From Flaccisagitta enflata (taxonomy: Eukaryota): DNA of 64,000 bases. Position numbers and translations under genes: made by a program. Where the stretch lies: NCBI GenBank assembly GCA_965153355.1, contig OZ231126.1, forward strand, positions 17,670,001 to 17,734,000, read 5' to 3'. Shown here piece by piece: positions 39,701-57,171 of the stretch. Position 1 is the first letter of the stretch. Each line of letters starts with the position of its first letter. The notes below the pieces were generated by a model that was not told the origin of the DNA, did no database searches, and worked only from the letters and a program-made list of their open reading frames with translations.

Positions 39701-41570
39701 GGAGTTCCAAGGCTAAATTTTTTTCATGGACTATCTGTGAACATGATTTTGGGCTGTATTCCTCTGTAGAGAACTTTTATTTGAAATTGCATTAATTGTT
39801 GTTAGGCTACTTTTTAGCCTTATTGAATGATTTAAAAAATTGTATTTTTATATGAATTGATGTTCCCCTGAAGAAAAACTTACCATTCAATGCACAGCAA
39901 TCATTCAAGGAATTGGGTCTTTTTATTGAAATGCAATATCGTCATGGACAGGTGGGCAAGGGCCCAAAACCCCCTTCCACACCCCTACACACATGCACGG
40001 CCTCTCAAATGTGCATTTTCACATACTTTGACTCATGCAGGTAAAAGAATCTTGTGCAAGCGACTTAAAGGGCAAAGCTTTTGCTTTTTTAGTAGGTGTG
40101 TCTGCGTTTGTCCATGAGTTTGCCCATCTTTTCCCCCCCCTCAGACCACAAATCAATATATTAAAGGTTCAAATCAGCCCTCTTACGCCCTATATCAGCT
40201 TCCTTATGCATCAAATCAGCCTACTCAGTCCTCAAAACAGCCCTCTCAAACCTTAGGAGTCAGGACCTTGTATTTTACAGGACTTGTCTCTATCAAAACT
40301 TCCAAAAGTCAAATTTGTGTGTCTGCGACTAAAAAGAGATATATGATCATGAAGCTGTAATTAAGGGCTATAAAAAGAAAATTCCCCAACAATTTTTTTC
40401 AAATTTTCATCCATTCTTTTTTTCTTTTTTGCAACTTATGACTCAAATGATATTAGATGGATTTGCAGAAAATAGCAACAGTTTGAAAGTTCATGAAATG
40501 AATTTTTTGAAATTGCTTTTTTTAGTTTTTTTTTGTTTACAAACAAATCAAAATTTATCAACCAAAAATTTGGCCTCAGGAACATTAAAACTAGTGGATT
40601 CCCTTTTTCATACAAACCACCTGTACAAAACTGCTCACGACCTGTCAATATTGTTAGAATAAACCCCAGATCAGTAAAAATGGCATCTGTGTGATGATTG
40701 ATATGGAGCAGATGTTACGCCATCTGTAAAAGTGGGGTAACAATATTGTCGCAGATTGGTGGGCAGGGGCATCCAACCCCCACTCCCCAACCCCATCCCC
40801 CCCACACACAAACCTCAAGAATGCCCATTTTTTTCCCTTCCTACTAGATTACCATTACCATGGACAGATGAATAGACCGACTAAGCGATGGAAAAATCTT
40901 TTATGTAGTTGCTCGCCTGCAACAAAAAATGGGCCAGAAATGGCATATAGAGCCTAATATGCTCAATTAGGCTCTTAAATGGTGCTGTAAACTCATGAGG
41001 AATTTTTTTAGACCATTTTCTACAGCAGAATTAGTTTCCCCCTCCCAGATAAAGTAAAATAGTTCATGCAACTGCCATAACTACCCTATTTAGCCGCTTT
41101 TTCTACTAAAAAAGGCCAAAATGCCTGATCATGGCCTTATTTATGGTGGTTGTTGATCAAGAAAATTGTTGGAGACCATTTTTGACAGCAGATTCGGATT
41201 CCTCATCCTAAAAATAGTATAGTTACTACTGTTTACACCATTACTATCGCCTTAAAGGCTTTTACACCCCAAAAAAAGCCAAAAATGCTTCTGTCAAATC
41301 GAGGATGACAAATTGCGTAACACCCCTTACACAAAATGGGACAGTGCTACCCGGTATCAAACAAAATATGCTCTTTTTTTGTGATGAACAGTCAGTCAAA
41401 ACACCAATGATGCTTTTCCAACTCTGAAATGGACGTTTTGAGCTAGATGGGTCCTAACTAATAGAACAACGCTTGGCACAATTCAAATCGCATTGTCTTC
41501 AAAAGCAATATTAAAAACAGCGCACATTCAAAAAGGGCATGTTCGATAAGTTGAAATCTAAAATTTCTTG

Positions 41571-41674
41571 AAGCGAAAAGATCGTTGCGTGTTATCCAGA
41601 TGTGACGGTGAAAGTGGTCGGAGAACGGGAAAAAATTCCCATTGCATCGATCACTCGTTAAACGACTTTCATTT

Positions 41675-41749
<75 letters not shown>

Positions 41750-41919
41750 TTGTCATATTCGAGTAACTTATGTAAATTATGTAACTTATGTAAATTATGT
41801 AACTTATGTAAATTTCTTTAAGCGAAAAGATCGTTGCGTGTTATCCAGATGTGACGGTGAAAGTGGTCGGAGAACGGGAAAAAATTCCCATTGCATCGAT
41901 CACTCGTTAAACGACTTTC

Positions 41920-42018
<99 letters not shown>

Positions 42019-42047
42019 TTGTCATATTCGAGTCACTTATGTAAATT
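41571..42047 (+). repeat. Local tandem duplication of about 250 bp with an 18-bp triplicated junction
   Basis: aagcgaaaagatcgttgcg...gtcatattcgagt occurs at 41571 and 41820; gtaacttatgtaaattat is repeated three times at 41763-41815. Confidence 0.9.
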
Positions 42048-44486
42048 AGATTGAGAACGGATGTTCGCTCGAGTGAGCGTGAGTAGTTATCGGTATCTGG
42101 ACTTTAACACAAGTTTGTTTGGAAACGAGTTTTTTTTCTTGATTTTTTTTTATCTTTAATTATTGTTCATATGAAAAACGCCGCTTCGTTCCGGTTCTAC
42201 TTAACTAGAACAGGGTGGGATGGAACACGAATGCGAGCAGGAATGCGAACAACCAGGTTTAAAGCCATTAGGAAACAATCGACGCGGGATTACAACAATA
42301 TCGTTGCGGTAGGGTGGTCAGGGGCATACGACCTCCATCCATACCATCCCCCACCCCATGCTGACACACTGACACACTGACACACTGACAATCATAACTG
42401 CAGCATCATAAACGCGCGTTTTAACACTTTCCATTCGATCAACACAGACCAACGGACCAACAAACCAACGGACCAACAGACCAATAGACGGACAGACAAA
42501 GCCTCTTATAGAGTTACGCGTTAGATGTATTTAATCTTGCAGAATTCTGTTTCCCAAGAAAATGAACTAAGATATATCGGAGATTTTCTGCCACATGCCA
42601 GTGATTGTAAATGGGGGCCCCGATGGGTAAATACAACAAAGCGTCGCAAACATGTTTTTAGTTAAGAGGCTTTGTCGGTCCGTACATTGGGAAACAATTG
42701 TTAGAGGTTTTCCGCCGAAACGATGTTGAATGACTCATATGATGACAGGTTTGTTTCTTTTTTCTTGTTTTTTTATTTGTTTGTTTTTTGTTTGTAGAAA
42801 AATTCGTGGACTTGTGCACGTTAGACAGTGCAACTTCCTGTGCTTGCAGTCTTTGAACAGTCACATGAGATACTTGTAATCAGTCATGTGACATTCGCAG
42901 TTGGCCACGTGATATTCGTAGTCAGTCACGTGCATCACTTGTCGATGTCACGTGACTGTAAGACTCAAGGACGCACTTGAAACCCAATCTTCAAAGTTTA
43001 TATTTCAAGTCAAGTTTAAGAAAGATAAAACTGAAGAAACAAGATCGTCTTGTCCCACATATGCACATAACTTGTGGTCTAACCGAGGCCTCGTGTAGAG
43101 TCGCTATCATGACTCGCGCCCGTGCAGGCTAGGACGCACTCCTGGAAGTTACTTGGAGATGCGAGAAAGAGAAAGGAATATCGAAACACCTCGTGAGAAA
43201 AGAAAAACAATTAACAAACTAGAAATAAAAGTTGCCATGACAGAATATTACTCGCAGATAATTTGATTCGTTATCCATCCGTAAAGAAATGATTAGTCAT
43301 GATGATGTATATACCGTCAGTGGACCGTGGATTCAACCAGGAAATACGATATTTGGAGATTTGGAGTTACAGCTTGCAGTACTCATTCTCATTCTCCCCA
43401 AGCTAGGAAGGTAGATTCTTTGACTGTATTTTGATTTTTTGTAACGGTAAATCCTCAAATTCGTTTCAAACTGCATAACTGGTGAGTTGAAGAAAGGTTC
43501 CACGCAAAACCCTGTGAGACAAGGCCGGATACACGGATTCCTTAGTCTCAAGCCGGTGGGCAGGGGACTGGGCAGTGACAGACGAGGTGCACAAGGAAAC
43601 TGTGACGGCCTACGGGCAGATGGATGGACGGACCAACGGACGGACGTACAAAAAAATGGTTCGTAGATTTGCGACCAAAAAGACAAGGATGAAACTTTCT
43701 CCGACATGAACGCGTCCAAAATAAGCTCAATTCTGATTTTTTCCCACCAAACTACTTTGGTCACGTTAAGGCGCCTTTTGATCCTCACTTTTCATCGTCG
43801 GAAGAGAAATAGATAAAACGAGAAAAAATGAAGAAAAAAAATCAGTGTCAACCGCGGAAGCTTAATTCTGACCGTTTGACAGGAAATGAAAGCCAAAAAA
43901 GAGAGGAGGAATAAGAAATAGTCGCAAAAGCGTTAGATGATCAGCGGTACCCGTGCCCTGCTTAAGTAAGTTGTGGTTGAAGTTGAGGGGGGAGCAGGGC
44001 AGCGGCCCTAATGGGGCCGATGACCTATGCTTTCACACATATGGGGAGTTTTCTCCTTCTCGTTCTCCTCCTTCTCCTCCGCACCCCCCTCCCCCCCAGC
44101 CTCCAGGCCCATATCTCAGCCTAGAGGCCCGTTTCCCAGCCTCCAGGCCCAAATCCCAGTCTTGAGGCCCAAATCCTACCCTCATGGCCCAAATCAATAG
44201 GATTGCGCAAAAGTTTGAATCTTTTTCGTCCAAGGAAATCTTTGTCGGCGAAGGCAACACTTGTTTGAACTTATCAGATACACGGAAAACAGTTTACGAA
44301 ACTGCTGAATACTTCATTATTTACAAATACTATGTTTCCTTTATATCACGTGCTTAGTACATAACAATATTTAGATTCTTCATTTGAAATCTAGTTGGCT
44401 ACGTTTCATATTTGTGCCTTTGAAAAAAAGCAGGAAGCGTAGTTGTGCGTTATGCAAATATGTTTTTTTTAGAACTAGGGGCACTG

Positions 44487-44826
44487 TATTCTGAACCGAC
44501 AACCTCCAGTTCGAACTGTTTCCTGAACGGATCACTCTCTAGCTCGTCACTGAATCCGGAGTCACGTCAGTTATCGTGGTCACCAGTTATTGAGTCATGG
44601 CCAAAGTTTGATGTTTTGTTTACTGTGCTCATGCTTCCTTCTAAATGAGATCTAATCCTTTCATATCAAAAAGAAGGAAAAGATCATCAAATCACGATCA
44701 GAGACTTGATATTCGCTTATAACTTCGTCCTGACAATGTTGGTATAATCAATTCTTACTTTAAAAAAAATTCCTTGGTGTTGTTTGTTGATCTCAGGCTG
44801 TCCGTGCCGTCAATCCCTGTGTGTAT

Positions 44827-44918
<92 letters not shown>

Positions 44919-45847
44919 ACCTGTGTGTGCGTGCTATTGGTATGTGTGTGTGCTGGCGCATGTTTCTGAGATAAATGCGAGTTAACCGGCTTCGACCTTG
45001 GTCAGAACAACGCCGCATTTTGATCGATGCGCGCCAGCTCTATTGCTGTTGTCTATTTTAAGTCGCGCGCATGCGACTGTACAACCCGCTCTGTCTGTAA
45101 GTCGGTCGGTCCGACGATGCGTCACACTGCACTTTTTTGTTATACTTTAAGTTATTTCTAGTCATTCCAAGACATTTTAGGTCATTTTTAGTCATTCTAA
45201 GTCGTTCTAAGCCATGCTAAGTTGTTCTTAGTCTCACTCAGATTATTAAGTTGTTTAGTCATAGAGTCAAATAATTAAAATGATCTTTTCTATGTTTGGA
45301 ATTCTTTTAAGTCATTTAACAAGAGTGGTCTTGAGTACGTTTCCCAGTCATCTTGAGTCAACTCAAGTCATCTTGAAATTATTCCCCATCTCACACACGA
45401 CTTATAGGTGTTGGCCTTGTTCTTTTAAAAAAGCTACTAATTATGACAGAGAGAGAGAGATAGAGAGAGAGAGACAATGAAGACATATATGCACAAAAAA
45501 AACAATAAGAAAAAATATCATAAACACAGGTACAAGTATAAATAATTACATAAGAAAAATTATAAGAAAAAATCCTATGCCTGATTTGAAATTAAGAAAT
45601 ATATATTAAAATTTTTTCAAAAATTAATGTTAGTGAAAAATATTTCATTATATCTCCTGTTACAATTGAAAAAAGGTTAACAAATAGATTTTGTATAGAA
45701 TTTGATTTTTGTTTCTTTAACTTAACCTATTAACGTAAAGAAAATAATATAGTATTTTTTTTTATGAGTTTTATCTTCTGATAATTAAAATCTATACCTA
45801 TTTTTATGAAATTCTTTTTGTTTCTTTTACTGTTTTTTTTTATTTTT

Positions 45848-45946
<99 letters not shown>

Positions 45947-46000
45947 TGCATAAAAGAAAATATTTTTTTAACATTTTTTATTCAATATAATCAAAAAACA
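44487..46000 (-). mobile_element. Degenerate inverted relative of the 48987-51069 element
   Basis: Blocks 44490-44590, 44750-44830 and 45470-45995 match the reverse complement of 51069-50960, 50490-50400 and 50030-49270 in order. Confidence 0.7.
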
Positions 46001-46725
46001 AGGCCAACACCTAAATAAATAAGTTAACAAGGCCAGATACAGCAATCAATGCAGACAGGTGGGCAGGAGCGGAAAACAGAAATGTTACGTTATGTTACCG
46101 ACCGACCGACCGACCGACCGACACGGCAAGATCTAGAGTCGCGTGTCCGCGACTAAAAATAACTGAACTGGCCTGACTCCTAATTATATCTTTTTATATC
46201 GACAGAAGTTGCATGAAATTTTAGTTTCAGTTTCCCTTTTACGTAAAATTAAAGTCAAGTTCTTTTCTTCTGGAGAGTTTACTAATGTAAGTGAATCATT
46301 TAAATTTCAATTAGTTAAAGAAACATAAATTAGAAAGAAAGTTGTACAAAAAAGAAGATTACATTTTGTCGGCAGCAAATGTTGTTCTTGACGGCATTGA
46401 ATTGAAGGCAGAAACAAGGACAAAAGGCCGCCGAAACGAGAGGCAACGTGAATTCTTACGAAAAGAGAAATTCCGAGTTGACCAGTTTGACTTTTAAAAC
46501 AAGTTAAAAGAAGGGAGAAAGTGTGCGTTGAGAAAACTGACGAAGGACAATTCTTATGCTACAGTATGAATTATCAAATGACTTTTATAAAGATACAGTT
46601 TATATCTAATAGCGTTTTTTATATTCGGCCCCAAAAAACCGATATGAGGTTTTTTCAAAAAGAAATACAATAATTGATTCAAAAATTGATAGACGTTGAT
46701 TGATTTCAAAAATTAGACATCACAG

Positions 46726-47757
46726 CTAATCTTCACATCCTTCGAGTAAAACCAAGTTTTGTATTGGTCTCTTGATTGTTTTTCCTTTGTTGTCTTGAAG
46801 TGTGACAGAACGGACATGTCCATCACGACCTTGATGAGTTTCCTTAACCCTAGCTAAGGGCCAGAGATGACGTTTGAGGTTTTCCTTCTTGAGAAGAACG
46901 AGAGATCCAGGAGTGATGTTTTTTGATCCATGATGCCACTTTTGGCGTGGCTGAAGGGTGGGTACGTACTCGTTCACCCATCGTTTTGTCCAGTTTTCTT
47001 GAAGACTTTTGAGATACTTCAGTCTTGCAGAAAAAGCTGCTTTGGACGGAGGGATGTCCGGCCATGGGTCTGTTGGTTGTTGAAGAGGTCTGCCAATGAG
47101 TATCTCAGCAGGAGTGAGTGGAACTTGATCCGGGTCATCCACTATTGGCGTAAGTGGACGTGAGTTGATTTGCTCTTCAATTCGAATGATGAGTGTCGCA
47201 AGTTCCTTGTCAGTGATGAGAGAGTGTCCAAGAACTTTCTTCATCGGAGTTTTGATGCTTCTCACAAGGCATTCCCAGAAGCCACCCCACCAAGGAGCAG
47301 CAGGTGGATTGAATTGCCAAATGATGTCAGGCAATTCCTTCGCTGCCTTTTTGAATGTCGAAGCATTGTCGCTGTAGATGTTGAGAGGTTTCCCTCGTCG
47401 ACTGGAAAAACGCGTGAATGCCATCAGAAATTCTTCAGTGGACTGATCATTCACAATCTCTAAATGTACACCACAGGTTGATGCACAAGTGAAGAGACAA
47501 ATCCAACGCTTCTCTGCTCGAGAAGTTAAATCTCTCCTTGGTTTGATGAGAAGAGGTCCAGCGTAATCAAGTCCAACATGTGAGAAAGGTGGTAACGCCG
47601 TTTTCCTGAAATCTGGCAAATCAGCCATCATTTGTTGACACATTGGTTTGTTGATCCGTTTGCATGTCATGCAAGATTGTGTTTCGGCCTTCACGGTTGT
47701 CATTCCTTTGATGACCCAATATTTTTGACGTAGGATGGCCAACGTCTGGTTTGACAC
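46726..47757 (-). pseudogene. BEL/Pao-type LTR retrotransposon integrase plus C-terminal region, 5'-truncated relic
   Basis: LRQKYW, CxxC, GLDYAGP, LFTC...VHLE, RRG.P...SDNASTF, PWWGGFWE, INSRPL, LTP, GRDGHVR, RPIQNL are characteristic BEL/Pao integrase motifs. No gag, RT or RNase H upstream. Confidence 0.93.
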
Positions 47758-48209
47758 TTTATCCCGCTCAAGCCACCTACACAGACCACCAAATCCTCCT
47801 AAGTGCTTATGTGCCTCCTACCCCTCCCACCTCCAATTTCAGGTTTTTTTTTGTTCATCTCCTTAAAAGAATTGTTTTTCCTCTATTCATAGCAAAAAGA
47901 ATGACCAAATGATAATCAAAAGAATTACGTGGGTTGTCGGAAAAAGAATATTTGCTAAAGTTATAATAACGGGATTGATTACCTTTGTTTTCCATATTAA
48001 TGCAGGCAGATCTGGTACACAGTAAAAACTGCCATATGCAAATTTATTTGCATAGGACTAGAAACACTTAACGATTGAAATGAAGTGATGCAGGGTCACA
48101 ATATTGTTGGGGATGGGTAGGTAGGGGCAGCCAGCCACTATCCAAACTCAAGGCATAAAAATGCCTGATACCCCAAGGAAAACATTAAAACTACCTTAGT
48201 ACCTACCTA

Positions 48210-48700
48210 CTTCAGGACAACTTGGCCAATGCAAAGACAATTGGAACATCTTCATGAAAATTGTAGGAATACTTTAGGACCACTTGCATAGCAACAGAAC
48301 AACTCTTGGACAACTTGAGGATAGGGACCACTTTAGGGAAATTCTTGGACAAATCTAGGACAACCCCAGAGCAAATAAGGTTACTTCTAGGACAACTCAA
48401 AAACATTTTAAGGACAATTCCAATAACTGTAGGACAACTTCTTGGACATTCCTAGGACAATTCAGACAGTCCTAGGACAACTCTAGGACAACCTCAGAAA
48501 ACAATTAGGACAACACTGGAACAACATAAACAACTCAAAGACAACTCTGAAAAAGTTATAGAACAACTAAGACAATATTAGGACAACTTCAGTACAATTT
48601 TACGACAACTCCATGACAAATCTTGGACATTTCTAGGACAACACAAGAACGATATAAGGACCCCTCAGGACAACTTTAAGACAAGTCTAAAACAAGTACG
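48210..48700 (+). repeat. Degenerate tandem array of about 11-bp units (taggacaactc)
   Basis: Many ggacaa cores at roughly 11-bp spacing. Confidence 0.7.
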
Positions 48701-48986
48701 GTAAGATATCTTGATTAACCCCATGAAATTCCAAGAAAACCCAAAGTTAATTTCCGAATGAGTGATCATTCAATATTTCAGGCTAAAAAGGATTTGAAAT
48801 TCCTCCCTAATCGCCATTAGCTTTGAAAAGACGCGCTCTTATTTCATTTAAGCTCACCCAATAACATCAGTTTATGCTTAGCGAAGAAATACTTGATAAA
48901 AGAAAAGAAAAAACAAATATCTCTTAGGTTAATTTGTATGATTGAGTAACAAGAAATCAAGCTCGTTCTCAGCTTAAACTCAAAAG

Positions 48987-51069
<2,083 letters not shown>

Positions 51070-51468
51070 CTCAAAAGCGCAATCGCGCGCATTGGCTTTA
51101 GGTTCGCATTCTGATTACTGAGGTTTGAAAGATACCGCCAATGGGCAAAGGGCGCAACTCTAGAAAAACGGCGAACTTTTGTGAATCTCTATATTTTCTA
51201 TGTATTTAACATAGTGTTTTCATCATTATTTATAAACTAAACACAATTTCGAAAAACTTTTTTCTGCAGATATGAACCTTAGAGGGTTCGTAGAACTGGA
51301 AAATAACACTATTGTAGTAGGTTTTAAAAAGTCGTGTCCATTACTTATTTCCCATCATGGCGCTCTGTGCAACGTCAGAAACACCGTCCTTCTTTGTCAT
51401 TCTGCGACTTAATAATGTGCGCTCATGAATCTCAATGAGATGAGGGGAAGTGCTTCGTGTGTGTGTGT

Positions 51469-51555
<87 letters not shown>

Positions 51556-51586
51556 GTCTGTACAAGAGAGGATGATTTTGACGTAC

Positions 51587-51720
51587 AAGATGTCATTTTC
51601 TCTCTCTCTCCCTCTAAAGCTCTTTGTCTGTCTTGAGTTTGACGAAGATTTGCGGTGAGAGCTGACGTCTGTTTTTGCCAAGACGTGAAAAACTGCAGAG
51701 GCTCAGCCTCTGACTCAAGA
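51587..51720 (-). CDS. Duplicate of the candidate optional exon (copy 2)
   Basis: 134 nt, same splice signals, open frame. Confidence 0.35.
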
Positions 51721-51811
51721 CTTTTGAGTTGACGGGAAAACAACAAAAAAATAAAGTCATAGTAAAGGTCAGCACTGCGCCGAAAATGATTTACAAAGAT
51801 GTTGATAAATG

Positions 51812-51985
<174 letters not shown>

Positions 51986-52275
51986 ATGAGAAAGAGTAGA
52001 AAAGATGATTGAAAGAAAAACCCAAGATGACAAAGAAGAGGGCCAAAGGAAATGAGTCAAAATGAAGAAAAACCTAAACTCACGATTAAGAACCGACAAA
52101 GATCAAGATGAAGAACACGTAACACAAAAGAAAATGAAATGTGTGAACGTGAAAATGTCTGTGATTCGCCGGAGGATGAAAGCCAGAGAGAGAGAGAGGG
52201 AGACACACACTCACAGAGAAAAAGAAAAAAAAAGAAAGAAAGAAAGAAAGAAAGACAGACAGGGTGAAGGGTAAA

Positions 52276-52343
<68 letters not shown>

Positions 52344-52442
52344 ATAAAAGGAGAAAAAGAAGGAAGAAAGAAAAAATTAAAAATGATGGAAAAAAACAGA
52401 TAAAGAAAGAAATAAAGAAAGAAAGAAAGAAAGAAAGAACGA

Positions 52443-52490
<48 letters not shown>

Positions 52491-52520
52491 GAGAAAAAAA
52501 AAGAAAGAAAGAGAGAAAAA

Positions 52521-52587
<67 letters not shown>

Positions 52588-52714
52588 GAAAACAAGGCCG
52601 TCGGGCAGGGTCAGTGGTAAAAAATGGTTAAATAAGCGTAGGGGCAGGAGCAGTGGTGCATGATGGAAAAAACAGATAAAGAAAGAAAGAAAGAAACAAA
52701 CAAACAAAGAAACA

Positions 52715-52766
<52 letters not shown>

Positions 52767-52814
52767 GAGAAAGAAATAAAGAAAGAGAGAAAAAAAAGAA
52801 AGAAAGAGAGAAAA

Positions 52815-52862
<48 letters not shown>

Positions 52863-53484
52863 ACGAAAGGAAAACAAGGCCGTCGGGCAGGGTCAGTGGT
52901 AAAAAAAGGTTAACCAAGCGTAGGGGCAGGAGCAGTGGTGCATAAATCGCCCTTAAACGCCGAAAAAGCAAAGTGTAATGGATGACGGACCAACCGACGG
53001 ACCGACAGACCCACATGACTAAAAAAGACATTTGCATAAAGGAATCAGTTATTCAATGTCTACTCTCTACAGACACTGTGTGAGGACGAGGAACAAACGA
53101 AAATGAGAGGGTCAAACGCGTACAAGCCGTACATGCACGGTGCCCAATGGCTTTACCATCGGAGAAAACGTTGGAATGGACAATTTTTGCTCATGAAAAT
53201 ACAAAAATCTAGTAATTCTAAAAAAAAATTCGCGGTCCAATTAAAAAGAATAAACAATGTTAAAAGGTTTCAATTATTATCGTTTCGTGAGCCATTAGTT
53301 TAAAAATATGAAAAGGCGTCTGTTTTTGGTCGAAATTTTTTTGCTAGTTTTAATAACATAACTCGGAGATAAGGAAAATTGAAAACTGAAATTTCTTTGT
53401 TATGATTAGGTTGAGGCGTTCAAAGGGTAAAAGATTTCGGAAGAAAATGTCGACAGATAACGAAAGGCTGAACAAGAAGAGAGG

Positions 53485-53542
<58 letters not shown>

Positions 53543-54067
53543 CAGACAGACAGACAGACAGACAGCCACATAGACAGACTGTCACGCAGAGGCAAAGGTC
53601 ATCTGGAAGGCAGACAGACAGACCGACAGACAGACAGACAGACATATGCTCAATTGCAGTGGGAAACCGCTCGACAGGCACACGGACAGAAAAGAGAGGG
53701 TAAGAATTCATACGAACGGGGGACAGATAACAAACAGAAAGAGAAAGAGCAGGGTAAAACCCTTGAAAGAGAATCTTTAAATGGAAGAATCTATCATTAA
53801 TTCATTATCGCCAAAATTCCTAGTTGAACTAGAATCTGAATACGTCAGAGCCTAATGAAGAATTTACCAATTCCCCAAAAAAGGTTCAAACAAAAAAAAA
53901 CAACTCAAATTTAGGAACAGTCAAAAACTGTCGATTGAAGAAAGAAGGCAGTAATAATAACCTCGCTTGCCAGGGCACGAATCATTCAGAGAGGGGGGGG
54001 GGGGCACAGATCGATCTCGTGCGTACGTGCGTGTGCCAATGCAAGCGTGGTGGCGGCAGACTAACTC

Positions 54068-54114
<47 letters not shown>

Positions 54115-54481
54115 ATCAAGGTTCCCCGCATAAAAAGCAATTTCGCAATTTAGAAAATTGAGATGTTCGCGCTCATTCTTACCAAACTAAAACGCTTTTA
54201 ACTTAACCTCTCGTGCCTCGCGCGAAAGCTAATTTTTCGGGTCTGTATCTGCACTGCTTATCTCATCTCTTGTTTCAACTTCAAGTACCCATCTTTTCGC
54301 TCAAAAATATATTTCAGAAACACAGACGGAGTCCAGACATAACTTTTCTTTTAAATGTAAACATAAGAAAACCTGAATATTTGAGAAAAGGAGCAGATGC
54401 GGAGAAAGATAATGAGGTGAATAGATAGTACGTGAATGGAATGATTTTTTATCAATGGATGGATAGATAGATAGATGGCAT

Positions 54482-54539
<58 letters not shown>

Positions 54540-54540
54540 C

Positions 54541-54572
<32 letters not shown>

Positions 54573-54594
54573 CACAGACAACAGACAGACAGAC

Positions 54595-54654
<60 letters not shown>

Positions 54655-55046
54655 GGATAGAGATAGAGATAGATAGAAAGATGAATAAATAGATAGACAG
54701 AAAGATAGATAGAGAGACAGATAGATTGATAGATAGAGAGATAAATAGATAGATAGATTGATAGATAGAGAGATGAATAGATAGATAGATAGATAGATGG
54801 ATGGATAGATGGATGGATAAATAGTGGCATTTTCATTCGTCGCTATCAATCGTTACCTACCAAGAGACAAAACTAATGCAATGGTTGCAGTGGTTGCACT
54901 AGTGCAATGGTTGTCTTTGTTTCTAACCTTGGTAACGTTTCTCCGCGCACGCAAGGGGTTAATCAGTAGATTTAGTAGAATCATCAAATACCAGCATCAT
55001 CGAACCATCGACCATAATCCCATATCTTTTCCAACTCATGACTCAC

Positions 55047-55264
55047 CATTGTTTTTTCTTTTGCCTCGTCTTCCTTGAATTCAAGTCTCGCGTTCCATCC
55101 ACGTCACCCCCGGACACCACGCGCCCCCTACGCCCCTCGTCGACGGCCCCTCGTGGAGGAGGAGGAGGTGGTGGAGGATGATGAAGATGTTGAGGTTGAG
55201 GGGCTCCGACAGGATTGGTAACGCGAAACGTGGAGATAGATTTTGATGGGTATCCTGGTTGAAT
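55047..55264 (-). CDS. Duplicate of exon 2 (copy 2)
   Basis: 218 nt, phase 0 to 2, splice sites intact, poly-Pro two residues shorter. Confidence 0.6.
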
Positions 55265-55354
55265 CTAAAGTGCGTTTTCGTGAGAGCAAGTTAGTTTGTT
55301 TGTTTGTTTGTTTGTTTGTTTGTGTTTGTTTGTGTTTGTTTGTTTGTGAGTGTG

Positions 55355-55530
<176 letters not shown>

Positions 55531-55551
55531 TGTGTCGTTTAATATGGTTGT

Positions 55552-55604
<53 letters not shown>

Positions 55605-56465
55605 TGTGTGTCGTGAGAAGTGGAAAAGAGACCAACGGGATCCGCTGATTAAAATCTTGAATCAATCAATGGAGAGAGAGAGAGAGAGATAGAGAGAGAG
55701 AGAGCAACCATCGATTTTGCCTTAATTTATTCGTTTGCCCAGCGTGTTCCTGACTCTCAGGTAAAAAGCAGGAAACAAATGTTACTTGGACTGGATCCGG
55801 GTAAATTTGATCATCTACAACATGTGTTGGGCACCTTTTCCTGACCAGGTAATCAAGTTCTCCATTCACTTTTTGTTGAGGTGCGCCCCAGCGTTTATCA
55901 AACTCATCTTCCACTCATATGATTTTTTTTTGAAACTATGGTTTCAAGCGCTCTATTGGTTGATAGAAAAGGCTGTTCGCCAGTTCAACAGAAAGCTGTT
56001 CTGAACGGCTTCCTGATGAACTTTCTCTTTTTGTCACTTTTGTCAAAGTGCAAAGTACAAGTGCAAAGTGCAGTGGCCATTGACTTGTGCGTAAAACGTT
56101 TAACTGCCGTAAGGTCAATAGCATTCAAAGAAACCTGAGGGGTTTACCCCCGAAGAACAAGATCTAGACGTCCCACGTGGAAAAGCTTAAGAAAAAATTG
56201 CCACTCTCCGTCGCCTACGTTAAACCTGCCACACATCGAACGCGTTCATTGACATTCGACATGTCAATGGTCTGTACTTGCTTTTCATCCAGTCAATTGC
56301 ACAAGAAATGGAGCCATTAAAAACTTACATTTCCGGCATTACATGAGAGGTTTTTGAGGAGATTGAGCTTGAAAAAGAGCTCCATCATTACAGTCCAAAA
56401 TCACGTAACCTGTGACACGTCAACTTTTTCGCGTATTACTTAGCCGGCGCATCATTAAAAGCTTC

Positions 56466-57004
56466 CCTGCCATCAATAGCAACTGTTACAAAAGAAACTT
56501 TTACAGTGTCTAAAATATTTGTGTTGAGATATTCTGATTGAAGCTGTTTGAAAGAACATGATCTACAGTTCATTCATGCAAAATTTCAAGCGGTTTGGTT
56601 TCTACATGGTATTGAAAATTGACAAGATTTCCACTAAAACAACATTTTTCAATATTTTTTTCATATAAGAACTGTGCTTATTTTTCATAAGTAGAAAATA
56701 TTGGCCAAATTGGTCAAAAATACCTGTTAGTTCATCATTTTTTTACATTTTCAAATTTTTTTGGACATTTGAAGAAATTAAGTTTAAAATGAATTTTTTT
56801 TCTGATTCAAAACTTGCTCAAGCTTGCCTTACAACTTTTTCACTCAAAAAGGTGTGGTGGCCAAACCGTTTGAGCAAGTGCTATGAAATTTTGCACGAAA
56901 AAAATGTAAATCATGATCTTTCAGGCAACTTCAATCAAAATATCATAAAACAAATATTTTAGGCACAATAAAGGTTTCTTTTGTAACAGTTGCTATTGAT
57001 GGCA
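56466..57004. mobile_element. MITE shared by both duplicate copies (uninterrupted here)
   Basis: TIR TGCCATCAATAGCAACTGTTACAAAAGAAAC at both ends. Confidence 0.85.
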
Positions 57005-57171
57005 ATGTATGAAAAAAAGCTCTTTCATGGGGATTCCTAGTCATTCAAATGTCACTTTAATCGATCGTTTTATGCAATCATTTAAATGAGTTGAGCACAC
57101 CTGAAGCGGACGCGTACGTCATGTAGAGCTTTCCCGCCTACGATCAACTTAATCAACAGCGTCTTTCTTAC

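Noticed and set aside
46200-46635. 3' LTR of the BEL/Pao relic after a PPT-like ggggccgaa
   Set aside because: No TG...CA ends and no second LTR in the window to confirm it.
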